From a bacterium (GTDB taxonomy: Bacteria; Patescibacteriota; Microgenomatia; UBA1406; GWC2-37-13): a stretch of DNA of 64,000 nucleotides. The position numbers and the translations under genes are program-made. Below are positions 56,249 through 64,000 of this stretch, piece after piece (the stretch's first letter is position 1; each line of letters opens with the position of its first letter). The notes under the pieces are model-generated. The model did no database searches and had not been told where the DNA came from. It was given only the letters and a program-made list of their open reading frames with translations. Location: the NCBI GenBank assembly GCA_030647255.1, contig JAUSJK010000048.1, forward strand, positions 32,540 to 96,539, in the 5' to 3' direction.

Positions 56249-56388
56249 GAAAATAGGCTTTAAGGGATGGGTTATTAGCGACTTTTTTACTTTAGGCGAA
56301 GAAATACAAAAGTTGTATCTTCCCTATGCTCCACGATTTATTCAAAAGAAATATAAAGAGTTACGTCTCAAACTGCTATAATTCAGGA

Positions 56389-56862
56389 ATGGACGACGCT
56401 CATGTCAGACAAGCGAGAAAAGAAGATTTAGAGTCGATACTATTACTATCCGATGAACTTACTTTTTCCGATCTACCGTATGATCGAGAGGTCGACGTAG
56501 CATGGGCACATACTAATAATGGAAAAGACTATTATTCCGAGAAGATCAATGAAAGGAAAGGAATCTGTTTTGTTGCGGAACAAAATAATAAAATTGTAGG
56601 ATACGCAACAGCCGCTGAGAAAGAAATTCCGTCATACAGAAAAGTTAAAGTAGTCGAACTCGAGAACTTAGTGGTAAAAAAAGAAAAGAGAGGAAAAAGA
56701 ATAGGCAAAATGCTTCTTGACGCTTTTATGAAATGGGCTAAAGCTACCGGAGCACATAGAGTTTCCGTAAATGTCTTTGCTCTAAATGAAAAGGGAATAT
56801 CTTTTTACAGACGAGAAGGCTTTCTGCCTTTTGAAAGTATATTAGAAATGCACGTGAAGTAG
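56389..56862 (+). CDS. GNAT family N-acetyltransferase
   Basis: LVVKKEKRGKRIGKMLLDAF (acetyl-CoA motif A). ATG at 56389. Confidence 0.75.
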   Translation: MDDAHVRQARKEDLESILLLSDELTFSDLPYDREVDVAWAHTNNGKDYYSEKINERKGICFVAEQNNKIVGYATAAEKEIPSYRKVKVVELENLVVKKEKRGKRIGKMLLDAFMKWAKATGAHRVSVNVFALNEKGISFYRREGFLPFESILEMHVK

Positions 56863-56895
56863 GAATGAGATATTCATAAGACTATCTTTTTTTAC

Positions 56896-57600
56896 TTAAT
56901 GAAATCGTACTAGTATTGCGGCAATTGTTCCCACGAGATATGTAACGAGAGTATATGTTGTGTAAGGATATTGAAGATATCTTTTTCTCGCCAATACGAA
57001 AAAATAAACCGCAATTCCTGTCATAATAAGTGAATATACCATTCCTACGAGTACCGTATCAAAAGCGGCATAGGCGAATATGGCCAACGCATATACTAAG
57101 GCATTGATTACAGTAGCGGGTAAATCTTTCTTTTCATATGTTTTATTCGGTCTCAATTTTTCAAATAACAGAATAGCAACATTCATTAAAATCGCTCCGA
57201 TAAAATATAAAATATTGCCCGTATAGAAATCATTAAAAAACATCCCCCCGCATAGATCTCCCGAAAACTTTTTTACATCGCAGAAATGATTAAAGTTAAA
57301 ACTACTTACTTCATGTAGTCCGTTTCCCGTCGCATAAAAATAAACTCCGACGACAAATAGTAAAAGTAAAAGTCTTCCTTTTTTTGCTTTTAAACTCTCA
57401 AAATTTCCGGAGGCATCCTGAATTATAAGAAAAGGAATGATGACAGTGAGAAGTATGATGACCGCGATCTGGACAATCTCGTGCAAACGCATGAAGCTGT
57501 AGGGTTGGAGAAGAATTCTCGTCGTAAAAGAAAATCTTTCGATAGTGACCAATACGACGCTAAGAGAACTAAAAGTCAAAAGCAAGTTAATACGCTTCAT
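56896..57600 (-). CDS. hypothetical polytopic membrane protein
   Basis: 234 aa with about 7 hydrophobic helices. No motif recognised. Confidence 0.5.
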   Translation of the reverse strand: MKRINLLLTFSSLSVVLVTIERFSFTTRILLQPYSFMRLHEIVQIAVIILLTVIIPFLIIQDASGNFESLKAKKGRLLLLLFVVGVYFYATGNGLHEVSSFNFNHFCDVKKFSGDLCGGMFFNDFYTGNILYFIGAILMNVAILLFEKLRPNKTYEKKDLPATVINALVYALAIFAYAAFDTVLVGMVYSLIMTGIAVYFFVLARKRYLQYPYTTYTLVTYLVGTIAAILVRFH

Positions 57601-57666
57601 AATGTAAAGTAAATTATAATAAATAATTTATTCTAAAATAGAACATAATGAAAATGTGAATAAAAT

Positions 57667-57682
57667 GTTACAAATTTGTTAC
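57667..57682 (+). promoter_or_regulatory. GTTACAAATTTGTTAC motif, near copy of the 37492 palindrome
   Basis: ATGTTACAAATTTGTTAC matches the reverse complement of 37490-37509 at 18/19. Lies 22 nt upstream of the ATG at 57704. Confidence 0.35.
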
Positions 57683-57703
57683 AGATTTATGTATACTTTT
57701 TTT

Positions 57704-58891
57704 ATGAAGTTTCTTATTCATAATAGAAAAAAGATAGTGGTTATTTTCTTTTTAGGCGTCATTTTTCTTAGTCTCATAGGCGTAAATGTTCTTCGATACA
57801 AAGAAAATAAAAGTATTGTTTCCCAAAATCTCATCAACATAGGAGAAATTAGCGATATTACAGAAAAATTGAAGAATGCAGAAAAACAATTTTTAGATTT
57901 AAAAAAGGAAGATCAGAATAAGATAAATCAAACGTTAGCAAAGAGAATAGCTGATATAGAAGACACCTACAGATCAACCTTGACGATATATGAGAGCATA
58001 CAGGACTTACGTTCTCAGAAACAAAATGTAGACGATTTGGAAAAAAGTTTTGCTCTTGTGCTTAATATGTTGGCAACTGTAAATTATCCTTCCGCGTCTG
58101 CGAGTTTGAAAACCTTGAGTAAAAATATAGACACGATGAAGCAGAAAATGAACGAGACTACTTCATTTGCGTCCACAGCCATTGCAAGCAATACTCCACC
58201 AGCGTCAGGGTATCAGACCCAACGTGTAAAAGTAGGAGGAGCAGAGTTTACCGTAGGCATAGTGGCTGCCGATCTTAACACGACAAAAGTCATAGTCGAC
58301 ACGGCTTCCGACGGAACCTGTACAAATAACTGTCCTGTGCTGTCTCTTGGTGATTATGTATCTCGTAGCGGCGCTTTTGCAGGTATCAACGGCTCATATT
58401 TCTGTCCTGCTTCTTATCCCAGCTGTGCCGGAAAAGAAAATTCGTTCGACACTCTTTTGATGAATAAAAACAAAACGTATTTTAACAGTGACAACAATGT
58501 CTACAGCAGTGTTCCGGCCGTGATTTTCACCGGTAATTCAGCCCGTTTCATATCTCGTTCGAGTGATTGGGGACGCGATACGGGTGTGGATGCGGTTCTG
58601 GCCAATCAACCGCTTCTGGTATTAAACGGTGAATCGGTTTTTGGCGGTGACGATGAGGCAAAGCGATCGAGTCGGGGAATACGCAATTTTGTAGGAGCGA
58701 CGGGGAATATGGTATATATCGGAGCTGTGTATTCGGCTACGGCGGCTGAGGCGGCACAGGTTCTTAAAACTATGGGCATAGCTAACGCCTTAAATCTGGA
58801 TAGCGGCGGATCAAGCGCCATCTGGAGTGGGGGATATAAACTAGGACCGGGAAGAAATATTCCCAACGCCATCTTGTTTGTGCATAAATAG
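57704..58891 (+). CDS. phosphodiester glycosidase (NAGPA/DUF2233) family protein with N-terminal anchor and coiled coil
   Basis: C-terminal domain GINGSYF...NALNLDSGGSSAIW...NAILF. Confidence 0.65.
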   Translation: MKFLIHNRKKIVVIFFLGVIFLSLIGVNVLRYKENKSIVSQNLINIGEISDITEKLKNAEKQFLDLKKEDQNKINQTLAKRIADIEDTYRSTLTIYESIQDLRSQKQNVDDLEKSFALVLNMLATVNYPSASASLKTLSKNIDTMKQKMNETTSFASTAIASNTPPASGYQTQRVKVGGAEFTVGIVAADLNTTKVIVDTASDGTCTNNCPVLSLGDYVSRSGAFAGINGSYFCPASYPSCAGKENSFDTLLMNKNKTYFNSDNNVYSSVPAVIFTGNSARFISRSSDWGRDTGVDAVLANQPLLVLNGESVFGGDDEAKRSSRGIRNFVGATGNMVYIGAVYSATAAEAAQVLKTMGIANALNLDSGGSSAIWSGGYKLGPGRNIPNAILFVHK

Positions 58892-58938
58892 ACATACTAC
58901 GTTTAGATAGCTCTTCATCACTATGATAAGATAATCTC

Positions 58939-59898
58939 ATGGACACACATTTACCTCCTTTATTTCTTGAACGATTGAAAGATCTCACAGAGAAAGCACA
59001 ACGATCATATGGCGAGGTATTAAATGCTCTTTGTGCGAGTCGCACAATATCTATTCGAGTCAATACGTTGCTTTCAACTAAGGAGTCTATATATCAAGAG
59101 TTAGAAAGGTTGAATATAAAGTTGGTAACCGTACCGTGGCATCAGAATGCTTTTATTTTAGAAAATACTTCAATTGCCGACGTGACAGAACTTCAACTTT
59201 ATAACGAAGGGAAGATATATATTCAGTCTCTTTCCAGTATGATACCGGCCCTAGTACTCAGTCCAAAATCGGAAGAAAAAGTGCTCGATATTGCGGCGGC
59301 TCCTGGAAGTAAGACTTCTCAGATAGCAGCTCTCATGGAGAATAAAGGCGAAATCGTAGCCAATGACATAAGTCAAAATCGGATATACAAACTTATCTCT
59401 ATTCTCAAAATGTCAGGTGTGGAAAATGTAAAAATAATGAACATTCCTGGAGAGCTCATATGGAAAAAATATCCGGAATATTTTGATAAAGTTCTTGTTG
59501 ATGTGCCATGTTCGATGGAAGGAAGATTCCGCTGTGATGATGCCGCGTCATACGAAGATTGGTCTACCGGAAAAATTAAAAAACTGGCCAAAATACAAAA
59601 ATGGATTTTGCGATCGGCCGTGAGTGCCGCCAAACCGGGAGGGACAATTGTTTATTCCACCTGTACATTGGCTCCAGAAGAAAACGAAGAAGTGATAGAT
59701 TGGCTGCTGGAGAAAGAAAAAGGCAAAGTAGTAACGGAAGATGTAGTTATACAAGGGTTTACATTTGATCAATCTCTTTCCAGCTGGAAAAATGCCGTTT
59801 TTTCTTCTCAAGTTGCCAAAACGAAGCGTATTTTTCCCCAAAAAAATATGGAAGGATTTTATATTGCCAAACTGAAGAAGGTATCTTCTACACTATGA
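58939..59898 (+). CDS. RsmB/NOP2/Sun-family RNA m5C methyltransferase (no NusB-like domain)
   Basis: VLDIAAAPGSKTSQIA, DVPCSMEG and VYSTCTLAPEENEEVI. Confidence 0.8.
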   Translation: MDTHLPPLFLERLKDLTEKAQRSYGEVLNALCASRTISIRVNTLLSTKESIYQELERLNIKLVTVPWHQNAFILENTSIADVTELQLYNEGKIYIQSLSSMIPALVLSPKSEEKVLDIAAAPGSKTSQIAALMENKGEIVANDISQNRIYKLISILKMSGVENVKIMNIPGELIWKKYPEYFDKVLVDVPCSMEGRFRCDDAASYEDWSTGKIKKLAKIQKWILRSAVSAAKPGGTIVYSTCTLAPEENEEVIDWLLEKEKGKVVTEDVVIQGFTFDQSLSSWKNAVFSSQVAKTKRIFPQKNMEGFYIAKLKKVSSTL

Positions 59899-59961
59899 AG
59901 TCTTGATATCTGGTAGAATTCTTCCATGAGAACTTTAGCCTCTTACAAATTTTTTTAATCT

Positions 59962-60234
59962 ATGGATAATAATACGCTCGATGTGATTATAAAGAAACTG
60001 GACGCACTTGAACAAAAGATTTCTCATCTGGGCGGAGGAGAGAAATCAAAGGTGTCAACAAGTGAGGTGTCCGGTGGTATAGACCCGGTTTTTCTTCGCG
60101 CGCTTGATCTGATACAGGAATATGATGAAATAAGTGAGGAGATATTGGAAAAAAGACTCCAGATACCTCGGGACAGAGTTACTAAGATCATTGATACGCT
60201 TGTGAAAGCGGGCTATATTGAAGCAAGTGTTTAG
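59962..60234 (+). CDS. small protein with FtsK-gamma-like winged helix
   Basis: DPVFLRALDLIQEYDEISEEILEKRLQIPRDRVTKIIDTLVKAGYIE resembles the FtsK gamma domain. Confidence 0.45.
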   Translation: MDNNTLDVIIKKLDALEQKISHLGGGEKSKVSTSEVSGGIDPVFLRALDLIQEYDEISEEILEKRLQIPRDRVTKIIDTLVKAGYIEASV

Positions 60235-60263
60235 TATTTGGTATGGAATGTTAGAAAGTACTT

Positions 60264-60378
60264 CGTCATTCTGGGGAGGAATAGTTCGACAAGCTCACTA
60301 TGACGACTCCAGAATCGTTATCAACGAGTTAACTACGATCCTGGATGCGTCTCGCTTTGCGAGACTTACCAGGATGAC
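60264..60378. repeat. GTCATYCTGG double-hairpin repeat, copy 6 of 6
   Basis: cgtcattctggggaggaatagttcgacaagctcactatgacgactccagaatcgttatcaacgagttaactacgatcctggatgcgtctcgctttgcgagacttaccaggatgac. Confidence 0.85.
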
Positions 60379-60391
60379 ATAAATATAATAA

Positions 60392-60414
60392 AATGTTACA
60401 CGTTACATGTTGAA
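60392..60414 (+). repeat. GTTACA tandem motif copy c (AATGTTACACGTTACATGTTGAA)
   Basis: Ends at the first base of the NUDIX start codon (60414). Confidence 0.5.
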
Positions 60415-60944
60415 TGATGAACACTCTTCCTCAATACAAACGCTTGGTTCAAACATCCGTCACTAATTTTCTTCACTGTGGCGATGAATATCTTTTTATG
60501 GAGAGGCATCCCGGACAGTGGATCAATGCAGGAGAGATGAATGGAATTGGAGGGAGACTTGAGCCGGGTGAAAATTATCTTGACGCGGCGATCAGGGAAA
60601 CCAAGGAAGAAATAGGTCTTAATATAGATCCGAAACAGATAGAATTGTGCGGTATATTAAAAATAGATGGCGGATATGATGAAGATTGGGTCGTCGGAAT
60701 ATTTCGCATCTCTATATCTTCCAAAAATCTGCCTGTGGGTGATAAAACGCTCCAAGGAGATGCCTTACACTGGATACATAAAAATAAAGTTCTGACGGAA
60801 AATTACAAACTAGTCGACGATATTCGCTATATATTCAACGACGTGGCTGAAGGAAATCACCTCTTTTTTATGAACGCTGTATTAGATGAAAATAAAAAAA
60901 TAAAAAGTCATACATACTCAAAAATAGCACGACAGATAAAATAA
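60414..60944 (+). CDS. NUDIX hydrolase
   Basis: Nudix box GGRLEPGENYLDAAIRETKEEIG. Confidence 0.8.
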   Translation: MMNTLPQYKRLVQTSVTNFLHCGDEYLFMERHPGQWINAGEMNGIGGRLEPGENYLDAAIRETKEEIGLNIDPKQIELCGILKIDGGYDEDWVVGIFRISISSKNLPVGDKTLQGDALHWIHKNKVLTENYKLVDDIRYIFNDVAEGNHLFFMNAVLDENKKIKSHTYSKIARQIK

Positions 60945-60988
60945 GTATTTTCTTTGACTTAACAAACTAAATTTGCTATCTTTATGGC

Positions 60989-61324
60989 ATGAATATCGTA
61001 ATGCGACTTCTTATAAATGGTCTTGCCGTATTTATCTCTTCCAAGATTATCCCGGGAGTTGTTGTAGATAGTTTTTTTACAGCCATTGTATTTGCCGTTG
61101 TTCTTGGGATAATCAATGTGATCATTAAGCCGATCTTGCTTATATTAACGCTCCCATTTAATATTGTGACACTCGGACTTTTTACTTTTATACTAAACGC
61201 ATTTCTGATACTTCTCGCGAGTTTATTTGTTCCAGGATTTAGTGTGCATGGATTTATTACCGCCCTTCTTTTCAGTCTGGTTCTGTCTCTGGTAAGTTCG
61301 TTTCTTAACTCATTGGCAAAATAA
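60989..61324 (+). CDS. four-TM phage-holin-family-IV-like (DUF360/YvlD) membrane protein
   Basis: LLINGLAVFISSKIIPGVVVDSFFTAIVFAVVLGIINVIIKPIL matches the family pattern. Confidence 0.6.
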   Translation: MNIVMRLLINGLAVFISSKIIPGVVVDSFFTAIVFAVVLGIINVIIKPILLILTLPFNIVTLGLFTFILNAFLILLASLFVPGFSVHGFITALLFSLVLSLVSSFLNSLAK

Positions 61325-61339
61325 TAGTCGGTAGTATAT

Positions 61340-62530
61340 ATGCAAGATCAAATTGTCTGTCCTCACTGCCATAAACCGATTCCTCTGACACAGGCTCTCT
61401 CTCATCAGGTTCAGGAAAAGTATCAGCAATTTTATAAAAAGAGACTGGCTGAGGAAACTGAAAAAATTGCCGAATCAACCCGCAAAGAACTTGAAGTTAA
61501 GATAAAAAAAGAGATGGAACTGCAGATACGCGACCGACAGAATGAATCGCAGGAACTTCAGGAGAAAAATAAAAAGCTTCAAGAGCAACTTCTTGATACA
61601 AACAAACTGGTACGGCAAATTAAAACTGAACAAGAGCAGAAAGACCTCGAATTTGAAAAAAAACTAACCGAAGAACAGGAAAAAATCCGCGAACAAGTGA
61701 AGAGGCAGACGTATGAAGAACATCACCTGAAAGATCTCGAAAAAGATAAAAAACTGCAGGATGCCGTCGATATGGCCAATGAGTATAAACGTAAATTTGA
61801 ACAAGGATCACAGCAAACACAGGGTGAGGTCTTGGAAGAGGAGCTTGAAAGGTTGTTGAAGCGTGAATTTCCGTTTGATGAAATTAAGCCCGTTCCCAAA
61901 GGAGTCCGTGGAGCCGATATCCATCAGCTGATAAAAAACAACCGCGGAGCTCTATGCGGTTCTGTTGTGTGGGAGTTTAAACGTACGAAGAGCTGGAGTG
62001 GAGATTGGATTCAGAAATTAAAAGAAGACCAAAGAGGGCTAAAATCCGAGTTTGCGGTCATGGTTAGTCAGGTTTTGCCAAGCGAAATAAAAAGGTTTGG
62101 GATGAAGGAAGGCATTTGGATCACCGATTATGAATCTTTTCTCGGACTGGCAGTTGCTTTGCGCCAGCATCTCATCGGAATTTCGTCATTGAAACAGTCA
62201 ATCATTGGAAAAAATGAAAAGATGGAAGTTTTGTACGAATATCTCTCCGGTGTTGAGTTTACCCAGCGGGTTGAAGCAATCAACGAAGCATTCTCTGCTT
62301 TCCAGGAAGACATTGAGAAAGAAAGGCGTTTTTTTGCAAGCAAATGGGCAAAACAGGAAAAATCAATTCGCAAAGTAATTGATAACACGCTTGGTATGCG
62401 GGGAGACTTGGAAAGTATTATGGGAAAATCTTTAGGGGAGATGCATGGTCTTGAGATGCTGCCTTCAGGTGAATCCGAAAATATAAGAAAAACGGAGAAG
62501 TTATCAGAGAAATCTGATACGTTATTTTAA
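61340..62530 (+). CDS. DUF2130-like protein: Zn-ribbon + long coiled coil + restriction-endonuclease-like C-terminal domain
   Basis: CPHCHKPIPL, about 150 aa of K/E/Q-rich coiled coil, then GADIHQ...VVWEFKRTK (D...ExK). Confidence 0.55.
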   Translation: MQDQIVCPHCHKPIPLTQALSHQVQEKYQQFYKKRLAEETEKIAESTRKELEVKIKKEMELQIRDRQNESQELQEKNKKLQEQLLDTNKLVRQIKTEQEQKDLEFEKKLTEEQEKIREQVKRQTYEEHHLKDLEKDKKLQDAVDMANEYKRKFEQGSQQTQGEVLEEELERLLKREFPFDEIKPVPKGVRGADIHQLIKNNRGALCGSVVWEFKRTKSWSGDWIQKLKEDQRGLKSEFAVMVSQVLPSEIKRFGMKEGIWITDYESFLGLAVALRQHLIGISSLKQSIIGKNEKMEVLYEYLSGVEFTQRVEAINEAFSAFQEDIEKERRFFASKWAKQEKSIRKVIDNTLGMRGDLESIMGKSLGEMHGLEMLPSGESENIRKTEKLSEKSDTLF

Positions 62531-62533
62531 CAT

Positions 62534-63175
62534 ATGAAGTCCACATTTCTTGATCAACTGTTTCATGTATTGTCAAAATTCGTTATTATAGTTCCCGTTC
62601 TCATTATTTTATTTGTTCTGGTTACAAAAGGTGCCGGCGTGCTCAATTTGCACTCAGTACAAAAAAAAGAGGTTCCGACTCCTTCACCGTCGTCTTCTCC
62701 TAACGTTCCTTTACTTAGTCCGACAGTGGTTAGTTCGGAAAAAATATCACTCTCTCTCAGTGGTCCGCTTGTCTGTCATTATGATTCGTCTACCGCGACT
62801 GTGAGCGCAAAAATAAAAAATAAGAAAATAGCCGCTGAATTACAAAAAGAGAAACAAGTAGATAATGTGGTGGTCAATGGGGACTGTCTGTATCACTGGA
62901 AAAAGGGTACGATTGTTGGAGAGAAAATATGCGGTATTTCTTCTATGCTATCAATAGTAGATATGCTTTCCTCTTCCGGCCTTATGGATCCAAAAAGCAT
63001 AGTTGGGCTGATGGGCGGAGGATCTCAAATTCAGGGAATAGATGCGGATACTTTTAGTTCTGAAAATATTTCTCGTATGTGTCACAAAGAAGATATAGGT
63101 GAAGACAGTTTTATAGTTCCTTCATTTATCAGGTTTACGGATAAGAAACTGGAAGATATATCTGCGTTATTATAA
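62534..63175 (+). CDS. hypothetical membrane-anchored protein
   Basis: N-terminal TM (FVIIVPVLIILFVLV) and a P/S-rich linker. Confidence 0.45.
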   Translation: MKSTFLDQLFHVLSKFVIIVPVLIILFVLVTKGAGVLNLHSVQKKEVPTPSPSSSPNVPLLSPTVVSSEKISLSLSGPLVCHYDSSTATVSAKIKNKKIAAELQKEKQVDNVVVNGDCLYHWKKGTIVGEKICGISSMLSIVDMLSSSGLMDPKSIVGLMGGGSQIQGIDADTFSSENISRMCHKEDIGEDSFIVPSFIRFTDKKLEDISALL

Positions 63176-63176
63176 A

Positions 63177-63300
63177 TGCCCCGGCTACGACCTACTTTCC
63201 CCTACTCCGCTTTGGAGCGAGTATCATCGGCGCTGACTCGTTTCACGACCTTGTTCGGGATGGGAAAGGGTGGTACCAAGTCGCTCAAGTAACCAGGGCA
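63177..63300 (-). rRNA. rrf: 5S ribosomal RNA
   Basis: The minus strand reads TGCCCTGGTTAC...CCCATCCCGAACAAGGTCGTGAAACGAGTCAGCGCCGATGATACTCG...GAGTAGGGGAAAGTAGGTCGTAGCCGGGGCA. It has the conserved CCGAAC / AGCGCCGATGATA / AGTAGG blocks and a pairing terminal helix. Confidence 0.9.
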
Positions 63301-63359
63301 TACCTATTATAAAATAAGGCTGTTAAAATAGCAATACGATCAATGTTATAATATAAGAC

Positions 63360-63896
63360 ATGAACCCGACGGCGAGTTCGCACCATGCGCTTCATGCCTA
63401 TAATGTAAACCCAAATGCCCGATTTGAGACTCAATCACCGACGGAGCGGGTGATTCTTTTATTGCGGGCACATCCTTTTACCCAAATACCTTGGGTTGTA
63501 AATACTGGTTTTTTAGTACTGCTTTTGATTGTGGCTGATTTTTTTATACCTTTAGTATTAACTGGGCCACAGATATTATTTTTGAACGTCTTCAGTATAG
63601 TTTTCATTATAAGTTATGCATGGATTAACTTCCTCCATTGGTTTTTCAATGTAGGCCTGGTTACAAATGAACGTATTGTTGATATTGATTTCAGCCAGAT
63701 TATCTATAAAGAGGTGACGGCAACTAAATTGGAAAAAGTGGAAGACGTAACTTCAAAAAGCGCAGGGTATTTCGGATCGCTATTTAACTATGGCGATGTG
63801 TTTGTCCAAACTGCCGGGACAGAGGTAAATATTGAGTTTATCGAGATTCCTCGTCCAGGGGATGTTGTGGGAATTATCAATGAACTGGGGGGCTAA
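63360..63896 (+). CDS. membrane protein with bacterial PH (YdbS/YdbT-like) domain
   Basis: Two TM helices, then RIVDIDFSQIIYKEVTATKLEKVEDV...YGDVFVQTAG. Confidence 0.5.
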   Translation: MNPTASSHHALHAYNVNPNARFETQSPTERVILLLRAHPFTQIPWVVNTGFLVLLLIVADFFIPLVLTGPQILFLNVFSIVFIISYAWINFLHWFFNVGLVTNERIVDIDFSQIIYKEVTATKLEKVEDVTSKSAGYFGSLFNYGDVFVQTAGTEVNIEFIEIPRPGDVVGIINELGG

Positions 63897-63898
63897 CT

Positions 63899-64000
63899 AT
63901 GAACATAGACCAATTACTACAATTTTTTGCAACGGGTAATTTATTTGCGTTTTTTTTTAAATCGTTCGCCATATTATTTGCCTTTCTGTATCTTGTGTAC
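63899..64000 (+). CDS. 5' end of a hydrophobic hypothetical protein, continues past the window
   Basis: The ATG at 63899 lies 2 nt after the previous stop. Reads MNIDQLLQFFATGNLFAFFFKSFAILFAFLYLVY... Confidence 0.35.
   Translation, partial: MNIDQLLQFFATGNLFAFFFKSFAILFAFLYLVY

Overview
Gene-dense, AT-rich bacterial window that reads cleanly in the standard code. Long ORFs such as the 986-aa HsdR are uninterrupted. The small genes, class I aldolase, stand-alone 5S rRNA and abundant intergenic hairpin repeats suggest a streamlined CPR/Patescibacteria-like genome; this is inference only. Core blocks: (a) a Zwf-Gnd fusion, peroxiredoxin, secreted nuclease and tRNA-Pro; (b) a minus-strand fba-fbp-gap-pgk cluster; (c) yidD, trmD, a GldA/F/G-like ABC system, gltX, purD-purF, purM and era; (d) malic enzyme, MFS, GNAT, an RsmB-like methyltransferase and 5S rRNA. 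Accessory blocks: an IS30 element whose transposase carries an in-frame TAG (546-1602); a one-directional array of unrelated small genes downstream of tRNA-Gln and a GIY-YIG gene (28.1-35.2 kb); a candidate ATP-grasp-like protein plus AstE/AspA-family zinc hydrolase pair (35.2-37.4 kb); and a defence/mobile island (37.5-52.7 kb). That island holds three self-inhibited Fic proteins, RhuM, a Bro-N gene and duplicated junction modules. It also holds a six-gene, translationally coupled Type I R-M operon. The best candidate for an undescribed system is that operon. A DUF3800 gene is coupled to hsdM. An unrecognisable 215-aa protein with an RHGLLH (Rx4H, HEPN-like) motif sits between hsdS and hsdR, the slot PrrC occupies in EcoprrI. 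A DUF45 metallopeptidase is coupled to hsdR, followed by a Cas4-like nuclease and a Fic gene. Separately, a GTCATYCTGG double-hairpin repeat family (five full copies plus one fragment) and several shorter intergenic motifs recur across the window. All functional calls rest on motif recognition by eye; no searches or computations were run.
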